The notes beneath the pieces were generated by a model. That model had not been told where the DNA came from, ran no database searches, and saw nothing but the letters and a program-made list of their open reading frames with translations. Of a stretch of DNA of 64,000 nucleotides, positions 1-12,929 are shown one piece after another. Position numbers and translations under genes: made by a program. This DNA comes from Octopus vulgaris. Its lineage: Eukaryota. Each line of letters starts with the position of its first letter. Position 1 is the first letter of the stretch. The stretch covers positions 27,466,001 through 27,530,000 of the forward strand of contig OX597816.1 of NCBI GenBank assembly GCA_951406725.2. The letters run 5' to 3'.

Positions 1-19
1 CAGCGTTACTCATTTTTGC

Positions 20-450
20 CAGCCTCGGCTGTCTTTCAAAGACTCAAACCCATCTGGGCAGGCAGGGCGATCTCCACCAAGTGCGCGTCTTCAACAGCAT
101 CGTCATACCATTGGCAATATACGCGGCCGAAACGTGGAAGACATCGGCAAAGATCGCGTGAAGGCTCAATATATTTCAGCTACGATGTCTCCGGCGGATA
201 CTGCGAATATCATACCAGGACCGCATCACCAAACGAGAAGATACATCACCGAACTGATAGCCGTCCACTCCAAGACGTTATCACTGAGCGCCGCTTGCAA
301 TTCGCAGACCATGTCCTCTGATTACCATCGTCGCGGCATGCGAAAACCGTCATTCCGTGGAAGACACCGCATGGCAAGAGAAAACAAGGGCGACCAAAAG
401 CGACTTGGCACCGCACCTTCATTGACGACCTCAAACCATTGACATTTCAT
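20..450 (+). mobile_element. RTE-clade LINE fragment (C-terminal region after RT), frameshifted
   Basis: Joined frames read ASAVFQRLKPIW...VFNSIVIPLAIYAAETW...LNIFQLRCLRRILRISYQDRITNEKI...ITERRLQFADHVL. This matches the RTE YG.ETW / RCLRRIL.I.W.D.V.NE / LRW.GHV pattern. Confidence 0.8.
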
Positions 451-861
451 GGGATGAAGCTGAAATCGCCGCGGCCGACCGACCACTTTGCAGAAGCCTT
501 GTTGTCCAATGCATCACACAGCGCAGGAGGATCTAAGAGACTAAGACTAAGTGTAGAAATGAACACCACATAGGAAACTTTTAGATCATTAAACCCATGA
601 CCATGAAAATGATAAGGTTTAAAGCTCGTAATTTTCATTACTTTATTGTTCTACTGGACAACAGGAGTTTGGACATAAGTGTTGATCAAAGTATTAGATG
701 TTAAATGGAGTAGTTTAGTTAGTGAGTGCGAGTTCTCTTCTTCCCTTTGTAAGCATGGTGGGAATGAAAGCATTGTACATAAAATAGGGCATGCGATATA
801 CGGATTTCGTTAATCTACACTTTGTTCGAAATGTTGATTTCGAAATTTGGCACAAGGCCAG

Positions 862-1214
862 CAATCTCTTTGCTCACAACATCATAAGCGGAAAGTGTAA
901 CCTCTCGAATGAGCTGTTCTTCACTCCTGCTCCAGAGCGTCGGCTGCGGGGGTCACTCCGAAAAGCTCTATCTGCGACGATTTCATCTCAATCGAAGGAG
1001 AGGGGCTTTCTCCGTCCGGGTTGCGGATCTGTGGAATAAGCTGCCGGACGAGATAGTGAAGATGCCGACGAACGCTCGGTTCAAGGTCTCTGTTGACCAG
1101 AAATGGCCTGAACCCTTTGCATGAACACTACCCTGTACATAACTCCATGTCCCCCTACATAGCCTTGCTTTTTGCTTTTTGAGCCAAAAAATTAACTTAA
1201 CTTAACTTAACTTA
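862..1214 (+). mobile_element. CR1/L2-type LINE 3' end with (CTTAA)n tail
   Basis: Joined frames read RLRGHSEKLYLRRFHLNRRRGAFSVRVADLWNKLPDEIV...FKVSVD, the CR1-group RGH..KL / F..RV...WN.LP / FK..LD C-terminus. A short 3'UTR and aacttaacttaacttaactta follow at ~1193-1214. Confidence 0.8.
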
Positions 1215-1564
1215 TTGTAAGGCCAATGTAAATAGCCGGGTCGGAAGAAAAGGTGGAAGCGTTTTACAAAACTGCATGCATACTCTAAGTTCAAGCGGAA
1301 TAACTAAGCGACGCCACAGGTCGAGAATAACCAGTTGAATATCGTTGGTATGGATAATGAAATGAGAACGATATACCTCATGGATTTAATAAAAGGTTCA
1401 GTTTGAAATATCAGGAAGGTTACCAAATACGCTAGAAAAACGAAGAAGGTCGGAGCATACAACAATGGAAACGTTGCGATTTTAACATCCAGTCCGAGTA
1501 TATCAGTGTGTAACAATGGTAATTCTTCATCGCAGACATTAAGACAATACACTCACACACACCG

Positions 1565-1734
1565 GTGTGTGTGTGTTTGTGTGTGTGTTTCTGTGTGTTT
1601 TTGTGTGTATATACGTATGTATGCTCTTGTGTCAGTTTTCTTTTAAATTAGATGTTAACACTTTTTGTAGACTTAGTAGACAATTAGCTGTGTATAGAAC
1701 ATCAACAAGGAAAGGTAATTTCTGTGTGTGTGAG

Positions 1735-1768
<34 letters not shown>

Positions 1769-1968
1769 TATATACATACATATATATATATATGTATCAT
1801 GTGTGCATGTATACATATATATATGTATACTTACATACGTATATGTATTATGTATGTATATCTATATACTTGCATACACAAAGAGAGAGAGAGAGAGAGA
1901 ACGAAAGAGAGAGAGAGAGAGAACGAAAGAGAGAGAGAGAGAGAGAGAGTTATAGACAGACAGACAGA
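1565..1968. repeat. Compound microsatellite (TG)n/(TA)n/(GA)n/(GACA)n
   Basis: Read directly from the sequence. Confidence 0.95.
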
Positions 1969-3084
1969 ATTATTAGTCAAGTAACTGTAGCTGACAAAAG
2001 CTGTATTAAACTATAAAAAAAAACGTGTGAATTATTTCATTCTTCTCCAATTCCGTACCATACATTAGTTGTGCCAAGATAAATATTTTGCTCTACATTC
2101 CTTACAAGGTACTAAACTTTATTGCAATTTAAATAGAAGAAAATATTCTGTTCCATTATATTTCTCAACATTCTTTTCATTGCAGACCAAATTCTATACG
2201 TTTTGGTTGTTATCTGCTAGAATCACAGAAATGCTAACTTTCTTTAAATGTTTATTTTATTTGATCTTTAAAAGCATAATATAAAATAAAACGAATGAAA
2301 AAACAAAAAAAAAATGTTTGAAGCTGCGAAGACAGAGATGATTTTGTGGATTAAAATACAAATAGGCAGCCACTATAGACATGTTTTAATTTTAGAACTT
2401 CAGTATCTAGATTGAAATTGAGAATCGCAACTAAGGCGTCGATTGGCGGACATTTTGTTTACGTCGTTATCGGAGATGTACTCCGTGATGTGGTTAAAAT
2501 ACACTGCTACTGTACCTGATTATAATTATGCGCCATTAGTAATTATTGTTCATTTAAGACAAAGAGGCACTGCATTATTAATGTCTTCTTACTCTTCAGT
2601 AATGTGTTCAAATACTTCTATATACCTGGGGAACACGATAAAAATCTTTTAGACTGGTTGTTTCAACAAAGCAATTCGATATAACACTTCCCATTACAAA
2701 TGGCTACGTTACTGCTTTGTATGACGTCCTTCGCTTCTACAAACACACATAAGTCTACAAACGTGCAGTCTACATTTTCTGCTTTTTTGTACTCTTACTA
2801 CTATGTCAGCGACTTCTCGGAGCTAGTTGATCCTGCAACATCTATTTAGACACTTACGAGTCACTTGCCTCTTCTCATATCAAAACCTGTATTGAATTCG
2901 CCTTCAAACACCCACACTAACCTCTATTACCTGTCTCCTCCCCTATTAGACACTTTATCATTTAAGAATTTTTTCTCTAACCTTTTTTCTTGCAGCAATC
3001 AACTTGTAAGTATTCAGCAGTAATATTACCCATCAGTATTATTTTGTAAACTTTCACAAATATAAACGCCTTAGCATTCATTTT

Positions 3085-3381
3085 ATGCATGTTTGTATGT
3101 ATGTATGTATGTATGTATGTATGTATGTATGTATGTATGTATGTATGTATGTATGTATGTATGGGTGTGTGTATATCCATATGTATACAATATTTATGTA
3201 TATCTATAAGTGTGCATTTTTATATATATGTATGTATAAAAATAGATATGTACATTCACAAATATATATACATATTTGCATATATATCTATATATATAAA
3301 TAAATATATGTGCGTATATGTATGTATGTATATATGTACATGTGTGTATGTATATGTATGTATATATGTATTTATATATAT

Positions 3382-3413
<32 letters not shown>

Positions 3414-3445
3414 GTATATGTATAAATATATACATACATGCAGGC

Positions 3446-3477
<32 letters not shown>

Positions 3478-3538
3478 CCATATACATACATATACATATA
3501 TATATATATATATATCTCCATATACATACATATATATG

Positions 3539-3617
<79 letters not shown>

Positions 3618-3642
3618 CATATATATATACATATATATATAT
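3085..3642. repeat. (TATG)n followed by degenerate (TA)n array
   Basis: Read directly from the sequence. Confidence 0.95.
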
Positions 3643-4195
3643 TTGCGTTTATACGTGAGACTCCATGTTTGAATTACTTTTGTTCATTTTGTGGTATAAA
3701 AACAATAGTGCTCAATGTGTCCCCAGGTTAGTGTTGTGTAGAATCTGATCTATATGAATCACACGTAACTATCTTATTTACTGTACGTATGACAAAAACA
3801 TACACATAGAAACACGTGTACACACTTGCACAAATTTGCACACACATACATTAAACGAGACAATTTTGAGTCAATATGTGTCTCCTGACAAAATTAAGCA
3901 AATTATGTAAATTTTACATGAAATTGGAAGGAAATTGTAAAGCAAAAATGCTATTATGTGTACGAAGTGTTATATTACAGCACCAGAGAACACAGAATTG
4001 TTTCAATACCTTTTGACTGGTGCCATTAAAAAAAAATTTCTGTTGTTGGCAGCAAGTCAAAAGAATACTTTTTATCCATATTTCATTCTCGCCAGAGAAT
4101 TAAAGATAGAAATCTGTATGGAAAATCAATACTGAAAGTACATTTTCGCTCTGAAAGAAGTTTTTTTTTCCTTCTATCCATTTACTTAAAGATTA

Positions 4196-4367
4196 CGCGT
4201 GCGCGCGCACACACACACACTACTAGAGATATACAAATAAATACACTTATTCATAGAAACATATATACATGTATGTATGTATGTATGTATGTATGTATGT
4301 ATGTATGTATGTATGTATGTATGTATGTATGTACGTATATATGTATATATATATATATATATATACA

Positions 4368-4402
<35 letters not shown>

Positions 4403-4431
4403 GCATATATATATACATATACATGTATATA

Positions 4432-4480
<49 letters not shown>

Positions 4481-4526
4481 CTAGTTATGCAAATATGCAC
4501 CTAGTTAGTCAAATATGTATATTTAA

Positions 4527-4579
<53 letters not shown>

Positions 4580-4709
4580 ATCATCTATCTACCTATCATC
4601 TACCTACCTAAACACCCGCCTATCTCTCTCTCTCTAACAGAAAACCGTATAAATCTTGTATAAATCGAACAAATAATTTAATATACATATATGTGCATGC
4701 ATGTGTGTG

Positions 4710-4779
<70 letters not shown>

Positions 4780-5070
4780 TTGAGAGAGAAAGAACTGTAC
4801 ACACACATACACACACACACACATATATATAACAGTACATACATTTATACACACATGCGCGCGCATACACATATGCATACATACATATGCAGGAAAAATA
4901 CTAGAATGAATACAAAATAAAATGGATATTAATCTAGATGTCAATGTTGGGAATGATGTGATTTGGGTTTTGAAATTTTGCGCAGTTTTCTTTCTTATAT
5001 CGAAGCCAACATTGAAATCTTCCATCGCACTCTCTATTTCTTTCACTTCTCTCCTTATTAGTTATGTTTC

Positions 5071-5104
<34 letters not shown>

Positions 5105-5106
5105 CC

Positions 5107-5148
<42 letters not shown>
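4196..5148. repeat. Microsatellite cluster: (TATG)n-(TA)n-(CATA)n fold-back, (GA)n, (CA)n, (TCTG)n, (TC)n
   Basis: Read directly from the sequence. Confidence 0.95.
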
Positions 5149-5150
<2 letters not shown>

Positions 5151-5240
5151 ACTCACTATTGTTCACAATGAGCAGGAGAGATAGCTTCCCATTTCAGTTA
5201 TTGGTAAAGGTGGAAACATATTGTTAGAGACGAGTGTTTG

Positions 5241-5289
<49 letters not shown>

Positions 5290-6401
5290 ATTGTTGTTGA
5301 TCATCTTAAATCAAGTAGATCTATGATTAAGTCGGTTTTGTCGTAACTTTTTAAAATTTCAGGGATTAAATTTTAGGGATTAAATTTCTTCAATGTGCGC
5401 TGTCTTGTTTTTTTTTCATGCAATTCAGTGTGATTTGAGAGCCTGGCCGTTACGTCTAGCATTTCCACTGACAAAAGTGAGGCATCCGAATTGGTTGTCA
5501 GATGATGCGAGTGATTTTGGCAGTATTTGTGACTGATGTTTGTGACTGAAGACGGATGTTGATGTTTGTGACTGAAGAGTGTTTGGGTGTGATTTTTGCA
5601 GGAAGTAAGTATTATCATATAATCGATGTGATTATCAGTACAAAGTCAGGAAACTGATGATGGTGTACGTCGACAATAATCGTGCACGAAATTTCGTAGA
5701 ATGTTGATAATATTTAGTATAAAACCAATATTTTTGTATAAAAATCCATTGTCATTTTACTAGAGACGTATTAAAATCAATTTCTTTCTATTTCTCTATG
5801 AATTATAAATATTTCTTCTTGTAAGAATCGTGGTGTGTCAGGAATAGCTTTACGATTCGGTTCCATTCTTACTCACTGCCTAAAGTCACGCCAATAACAG
5901 CTTTATCTTCCTCTAATCTCTGTTGAGAAATTAAGACTTTTCGTACCTCGCGGCAATTGGATTTCTTGAAACCTAACAAACTCTCCTAAAAGTGAAGCAA
6001 GACATAAATTCATTTTCATTCGTATATTTTATTTAATTTTATTCATGTGAACAAACAGCATCGCTGGTTACAGACTTTTCAGCGAACCAATCATTGGTTT
6101 ACTGTATTTACTTTGACAAGAGACATACAGATGGATCTTATAAATTCAAGTGGAACAAATATCGCATAGAATTTCCATTGGATGGCACGAGTTAATCTAT
6201 TTATTTTCTTCGTCGATGGTTACAACTCTCATCAATATACATCATTGAATGGTACATATATGTAGAGATACATACATGGGTTATGTATTCATAACCTTCG
6301 TATCTGTAAGGTAATCGTTTCTGGTAATCTCAAGGTTTTTATTAATTTTATTTCATGATCTACTGTAACTTGCATAATAATTGTCGTTAATTATATTACA
6401 T

Positions 6402-6818
6402 AAGATGGCGAGCTGGCAGAAACGTTAGCACGCCGGGCGAAATGCGTAGCCGTATTTTGTCTGCCGCTACGTACTGAGTTCGAATTCCGCCGAGGTCGAC
6501 TTTGTCTTTCATCCTTTCGGGGTCGATAAATTAAGTACCAGTTACGCACTGGGGTCGATATAATCGACTTAATCCTTCAGTCTGTCCTTGTTCGTCCCTT
6601 CTGTGTTTAGCCCCTTGTGGCAGTAAAGAAATAGGTATTTCGTCTGTCTTTACGTTCTGAGTTCAAATTCCGCCGAGGTCGACTTTGCCTTTCATCCTTT
6701 CGGGGTCGATAAATTAAGTTCCAGTTACGCACTGGGGTCGATATAATCGACTTAATCCGTTTGTCTGTCCTTGTTTGTCCCTTCTGTGTTTAGCCCCTTG
6801 TGGGTAGCAAAGAAATAG
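6402..6818 (+). mobile_element. tRNA-derived SINE with Meta-like central domain, tandem dimer, 16-bp TSD
   Basis: Head ggcgagctggcagaaacgttag; B-box-like gagttcgaattcc; core gtcgactttgcctttcatcctttcggggtcgataaattaagtaccag. The ~185-bp body occurs twice. TSD gttaattatattacat at 6386-6401 and 6819-6834. Confidence 0.85.
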
Positions 6819-7058
6819 GTTAATTATATTACATGCAATTATAATAATATTATCACTTATTGATTTGTTTGCAATATTGTTTCGTCTATAAGGTTGAGTT
6901 AAACGGTTGTTTTGTTTTCTTACGTGTATAATTTGCACTAAATTTAGAGTTGTTTCTATTAGAGGATGTAATATATTGAATCTTATCCCTCAAATCCTTT
7001 TTCGACAGAGAACCAGAATTTGAGTTAAATATTTCTACGTTGGATATTCAGATATACA

Positions 7059-7269
7059 CTTTATCCTTTATTTGTTTCAGTCATTTGACTGCCGCCATGC
7101 TGGAGCACTGCTTTGAAGGGAACAGATCGAAACCAGGACTTTTTTAAAAGTCTAGTACTTATTTTATCGGTGTTTTTAGGCGAACTGCTAAGTAACGAGG
7201 ATGTAAATACATCAACACTAATTTTCAAGCGGTGATAGGGGGATATACATACATACGTACATACATACA

Positions 7270-7360
<91 letters not shown>

Positions 7361-7377
7361 TTATCTCTCTCTATCTC

Positions 7378-7414
<37 letters not shown>

Positions 7415-7431
7415 ATATATATATATCTATA

Positions 7432-7462
<31 letters not shown>

Positions 7463-7479
7463 ATATATATATATATATA

Positions 7480-7535
<56 letters not shown>

Positions 7536-7691
7536 TTCTTTCAGTTTCTGACTACCAAATCCACTTACAAGGTTTTGGTCGGCTGAGGCTATAGTAGAAC
7601 ACACTTGCCCCCAATGTTCTACGCAGTGAGACTGAACCCGAAGCCATATGGTTGGAAAGCAAGCTTTTTATCACACAACAACATTTGCGCC
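7059..7691 (-). mobile_element. tRNA/CORE-type SINE with internal microsatellite
   Basis: Same head, CORE-like cttgggcaagtg block and 3' part as the copy at 17457-17952. Interior is (TACA)(TATC)(TA)(CA). Confidence 0.8.
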
Positions 7692-7900
7692 TTTGTAAAT
7701 TATTCAAATGTACAAAACACCAAAAGAAAATCGGAAGTAGTATTATGTTTGATATATGACTGGAATTTGCATATACATGGAATAACATGGAGTTCTAAGC
7801 ATTGGTTAACCGTTATAGCAATTCGAAATTCTTCAAATCCCCCACCAGCACACATATAAATTCTCACGCACAAACAAACATGTACACACACACACATACG

Positions 7901-7973
<73 letters not shown>

Positions 7974-8399
7974 ACACACAAACACGCACGTTAAACTATT
8001 TTTATAGTTTGTTTCTGAATTAATTATTAAATTAAATATAATGCTTTGAAAAATCTGACGATAGCTTTAAGTTTCGAATATAACTGGTGACCTGAAGAAT
8101 TTTAAATTAAAGCTTTGCTTGTAGTGGGGTGGGGTGGGGGAGGCTGTATGGTGATAGCGATTGGTGATGGTATCGATGGTAGTGATGATGGTAGCTATAA
8201 TGTAGTGATGGAATTAACGGTGATGATAGAGGTGTTAGTGGTTGTGTTGTTGTTGGTGATGTGGTGATGACGGTGGCGATAATGCGGTGGTGGTGGATCA
8301 GGCGTGGTTATGGGGTAATATCCATGGTATAAGTGGGCTGTTGCTGATGGTGGGAATCATGGAGGAAACGGTAATGATGGCTGTGATATATAATAATAT

Positions 8400-8652
8400 A
8401 AATGTTCCTTCTCGAGCCATGCCAGGCTCATAAGGGCCGGTTTCCAGGTTTCAATGGTGTAGAAATTCCCCACCTGGACGGAATGCCGGTCCGTCGCAGG
8501 ATTACTCATTTTTGCCAGCTGAGTGGACTGGAACAACGTGAAATGAAGTGTTTTGCTCAAGAACACAACGCATCGCCCGGTCCAGGAATCGAAACCAAAA
8601 CCTTACGGTCATGAGTTCAACACCCTAACCACTAAGCCACGCGCCTCCACAA
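8400..8652 (-). mobile_element. tRNA-derived CORE-SINE
   Basis: Minus strand reads gtggaggcgcgtggcttagtggttaggg...ggtttcgattcctggaccggg...gtgttcttgagcaaaacacttcatttcac, i.e. A box, B box and a CORE-like block. Confidence 0.8.
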
Positions 8653-9589
8653 TGACTGTGATGGTGATTGTTGTGGTGATGGTAGAGATGGTGGACATGA
8701 TAGCGGTAGTTTTTGTTGCGTTTTATTAAAGAAAGTCACCCATGAATTTTCAAATATTAGTCATATAAAGCTGACAACCTTCCACTGAATTTTCGTCCTA
8801 AGTAGTATTTAACGCTGAATTTTCTCGAAAGATTGGCCTCGACTAGCATAATGGATGGGATATATTCTTGGCCAGATGAAAACTCTTCTATGTTTTAATT
8901 CCTGGTTGAAGCAGATTTATTGAAAATAAAGTAGATTATTAAAAATACCCAAATTCCCAATATTCCACTCTCCTTTGATTTATGAGCTTTCTGATTGTAA
9001 GAATCAATACCCTTTCTAATATCATTTAAGTTTAAATTTTAGCTGTTTATTTCTAAATTTATTCTCGTGTTTTTTTTCGTTAGGTAGTAAACTGGAGTAA
9101 GATATACCGCCATGTTGTGAATTGGATTACAGCTGTTTACAACAGTGAATCCCAACAGTAGCGACAGCCGTCCAAGAATTTAGACCTGGAGATCTCCATT
9201 TCCAGCGACTTCGAGGGCCACCTCCCAGTGGTGTCGGGCGTCAACGAAGAGCCCTCGACTACAACAAGACGACCAAAGTTTTTTTTTCCCAAGGTCTGGG
9301 GTCTCCCGCTCCTAAGCCCTAGACCATCACCTAATCACCCTTATCCGTCTTGTTGCTTAACAACAACGGCAGCAACGACAGAAACAACAACAACGATCAC
9401 CATGACAACCATCGCCTTGATGTAAAAACCCCCCATCATTTTGAGGTATAATTCATCATAGTAAACATCTGAATCTTCGTACAATTCACGAGTATATCGC
9501 TGTTGTCGCAGTTGTTATTTATTATTCATCAACTCCAAATCAGCTCTGGTTAATCTATGACCAAAGGTACTATTGACGCAGTCATAATA

Positions 9590-9770
9590 TTGGTTTTAAA
9601 TTTTGACACATGGCCAGCAATTTCGGGGAGAGGGCAGTCGTAAACATCGACCTCAGTAGGATGAAAGGCAGAGTCGACTTCGGTGGAATTTGAACTCAGA
9701 ACGTAAGGACAGACTAAATGCCACTAAGCATTTTGCCTGACGTGCCAACGATTCTGCCAGCTCACTGCCT
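9590..9770 (-). mobile_element. Degraded Meta-like SINE
   Basis: ggatgaaaggcagagtcgacttcggtggaatttgaactcagaacg...gattctgccagctc is the reverse complement of the 6402 family. Confidence 0.7.
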
Positions 9771-9872
9771 TAATAATAATAATAATAATAATAATGATAA
9801 TAATAATAATAATAATAATAAAAATAATAATAATAATAGTAATAGTAATAATAATAATAGTAATAATAATAA

Positions 9873-10428
9873 ATGCCCGGATGCAGTACCAGGCAGTGGC
9901 TCTCATGGCTTCTGATCTTAACTGATTGGAAGTGTTATCATGTACATTGCTTTGTCTTGCTACAAAAGATGGGCTACAGCAAATATTCTGCTCAATACCA
10001 CAGATTTGCTTGTCAGTTGTTTGACCTTAAATAGCCGAGCATGTTCCTTGGTGGCTGACGATGTGTGCGTCTCTGATCACGAGCAGAAGTAGTGGGGGAG
10101 CATCATAGCCATGTGTTGAGAGGGATTCTTTGGGGTTTGAATAATTCACCTCTGGAAACATGGGTGTTTCGTTCAACATCCTTAAACAACCCTTATTCAG
10201 GGACCTTTCGAGTGGGATGGGTTACTCAACCTGAAGAAAATTCTAACTGGGCCCTACCTGCAAGGTCATGTGCTGTTTATCTTGATATGAGATCACCATG
10301 TCGCGCACATATGGTTGTGATGCATGTGCTTGGTGTACCCTTATCATACGGGTAGTCATGATGGGTATACTGGGCTTCGTATATTTGTACCCCAATGTCA
10401 CTTTGATGGCATGCACTGCTCTCTCACT
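9873..10428. mobile_element. ~555-bp non-coding element flanked on both sides by (AAT)n
   Basis: Moderate-GC, complex-sequence block with sharp borders at (AAT)n tracts 9770-9872 and 10429-10496. No coding motif; the family is not identified. Confidence 0.45.
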
Positions 10429-10429
10429 C

Positions 10430-10496
<67 letters not shown>

Positions 10497-10497
<1 letters not shown>

Positions 10498-12300
10498 CAC
10501 CTACAAGATCCTCACATCCGTATTAACTGACAGAATATACGCCTTCCTTCAACATATATCTATCCTCTCACAACCTCAAAAAAGCTGTAAAAGAAATTCT
10601 TATGGGTGCAAAGACCAATTACTCATAAGTAAAATGATGGTAGAGAATTGCCAGAGAAAAAAGAACCTGAGTATGGCATGGATAGACTACAGGAAAGCGT
10701 TTGATAGTGTCCTACATAACTGGATACTCAAGGCCCTTGAAATATACAAGATCTCTCCTGTCATCTCCAAATTCTTACAAGGTAGTATGGCCAAGTGGAA
10801 CATGTCTCCTTCTAAACCATAGTAATGGGATGGGCCAAACTAACAACATCAACATCAAACAAGGTGTCTTTCAAGGTGAATCCCTCTACCCATTACTATT
10901 TTGCATGGCTCTCATCCCACTCTCAAACGAACTAAATAACACCAGGAATGGGTTCAAAGTTTACAATACGACAATAACACATCTATTTTATTTGGACGAC
11001 CTGAAGCTCTTTGCTAGAAATGAATGAGAGCCAAGTAGGGCTGCTAACAACTGTTAAAGAATTCAGCAATGACATCGGGATGGACTTTGGCCTTGGTAAG
11101 TATGCTAAAGCAACTTTTGTTAGAGGCAAGCTCAGGCAAACAGCTTCCATTAAATTAGATACCGACACTACCTTCAAGGAGCTTGACCCACAAGAAAATT
11201 ACAAATAGCTGGGGATAATAAAATGAGATGGTATACAACACGATACCATGAAGGAAAAAATAAGAAAAGAATATTACAGGAGAATAGGACTCCTGCTAAA
11301 AACTGGACTCAACTCTAAAAATCGCATCGAAGCCATTAACACCCTGGCACTTCCAGTAGTCCAATATAGTTTTAACATCATTAAGTGGAATCTTACAGAG
11401 CTCCTATACCTGGACAGGAAGACAAGAAAACTACTAATTTCTAAGAACATGTACCACACAAAAGCAGATGTTGATCGTCTGTACCTACTTAGAAATAATA
11501 GGGGAAGAGGAATGAAGCAGGGAGAACTGTGCTATAAGACCTCCACAGTAGCAATGGACAAGTACTTATCTAATACAGAGGAATGGACACTGCGACTTGT
11601 GTGCAAACACGAAAGCAGCAAAAAAAAAAATAATTCTATTGTCAAGGAAGCTTGCAAATTCGCCAGGGGACTCAGCATTTAACCCTGAAATAGTTGAAGA
11701 ACCTGAATCAACTGTCACAAAACAAGCAAAATGGATGAAGCAGGCTTCAAAAATAAAATAAAATAAAAGAATGAGCTGAAACAAGTTGAGGAGCGATGGA
11801 GCCTGAAGCCTCTGCATGGACAGTATATACTTCAAAGTCGAAATGCTGATGTAGATCAAGAAAAACCCATCAGTGGCTGAGAAGTTAAGGACTGAAATCA
11901 GAGACTGAAGGTTTCATACTGGCGGCACAAGACAACAAAAAACTACCAGGCTAACGTTCTTCAAAACGATTCTGACCCTAAACGCAGATTCTGCGACACA
12001 TTTGACGAAACATTAAAACCAACTCGTCTCAGGATGTTCTGTGCTGACACCAAACGAATACAAAAATCGCCACGATAGGATAGGACAGTATTTACATTGG
12101 AAATTATGTACACATTACAAAATCAGTACACCTGCTTACTGATATGAACATCATCCTGAGCCAGTCGTTGAAGGTAAAAAATGTTACTATCCTCTGGAAT
12201 TTTCCAATCAATACTGACAGAACGATCAAGGCTAATCGACCAGATAAGGTCATTAAAGATAGGGAAGAAAATACTTGTCGACTAATAGATGTGTTCACAC
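10497..12300 (+). mobile_element. R4/Dong-clade non-LTR retrotransposon, truncated RT + zinc knuckle + RLE pseudogene
   Basis: Motifs TYKILTSVL, GCKDQLLI, LSMAWIDYRKAFDSV, GVFQGESLYPLLF, HLFYLDDLKLF, KADVDRLYL...GRGM, a CCHC-like remnant with RHDRIG, and ILWNFPINTDRTIKANRPDKVI...LIDV (PD-D/ExK). Many stops and frameshifts. Confidence 0.9.
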
Positions 12301-12929
12301 TGACAAAATTATATCTGTTTATATTACATTAATGTTTGATTGTAGCACACATCATCAATTATAAGTGTCAAATATCACAATATGTGTCTTTCATTTTTAG
12401 GATGTATAATCCGCGATTAAAAAGCAAACTGTAACCTTGTACATCGGGCCTACACTCACTTCTTTCTGACGTCATAACTAGTCGTTAAATGTCAAGTAAT
12501 TTTTCATTAACCAACCAGTTTAAATTCTACATTAAACTCTTGAACAACTACTTCTCGTGCTGCAGGCATTGTATATCATCTGGTTATCCCTCTCTCCCTT
12601 CCTCTCTCTCTGTAAGTGTGTGAACGTATGACTCGTGTGTTGTGTTATAACGGTTGTGGCGCGCGTGCGATTTTGTACACGTCTGTGATGTGTATGCGAT
12701 AGTAGTGAACTTGCATGGTAATGGTGTGCTTATGTGCTTTAGTAGCTGTGTGATGTGTGTGTAGGTCTGTGATTGTGTGATTGAGTAGGTAGATGTACGG
12801 TTCCAATGATGAAAACTTCGGATGATAGTGGCGGACAGATTGTATAGATGCGGAGGTGTTGATGGTGGGAGTGGCTGAGATAGCGGTGTTCATTGCGGTG
12901 TTGGTGTGGATTTAGTGGGAGTTAAAATA

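Noticed and set aside
5500-5585. Short tandem tgatgtttgtgactga units
   Set aside because: Only 2-3 imperfect copies; ordinary slippage duplication.
5647-5705. CTGATGA...gtgtacg/cgtgcac...GAAA, hammerhead-like
   Set aside because: Two extra bases separate the core from stem II, and no compatible stem I or stem III can be formed.
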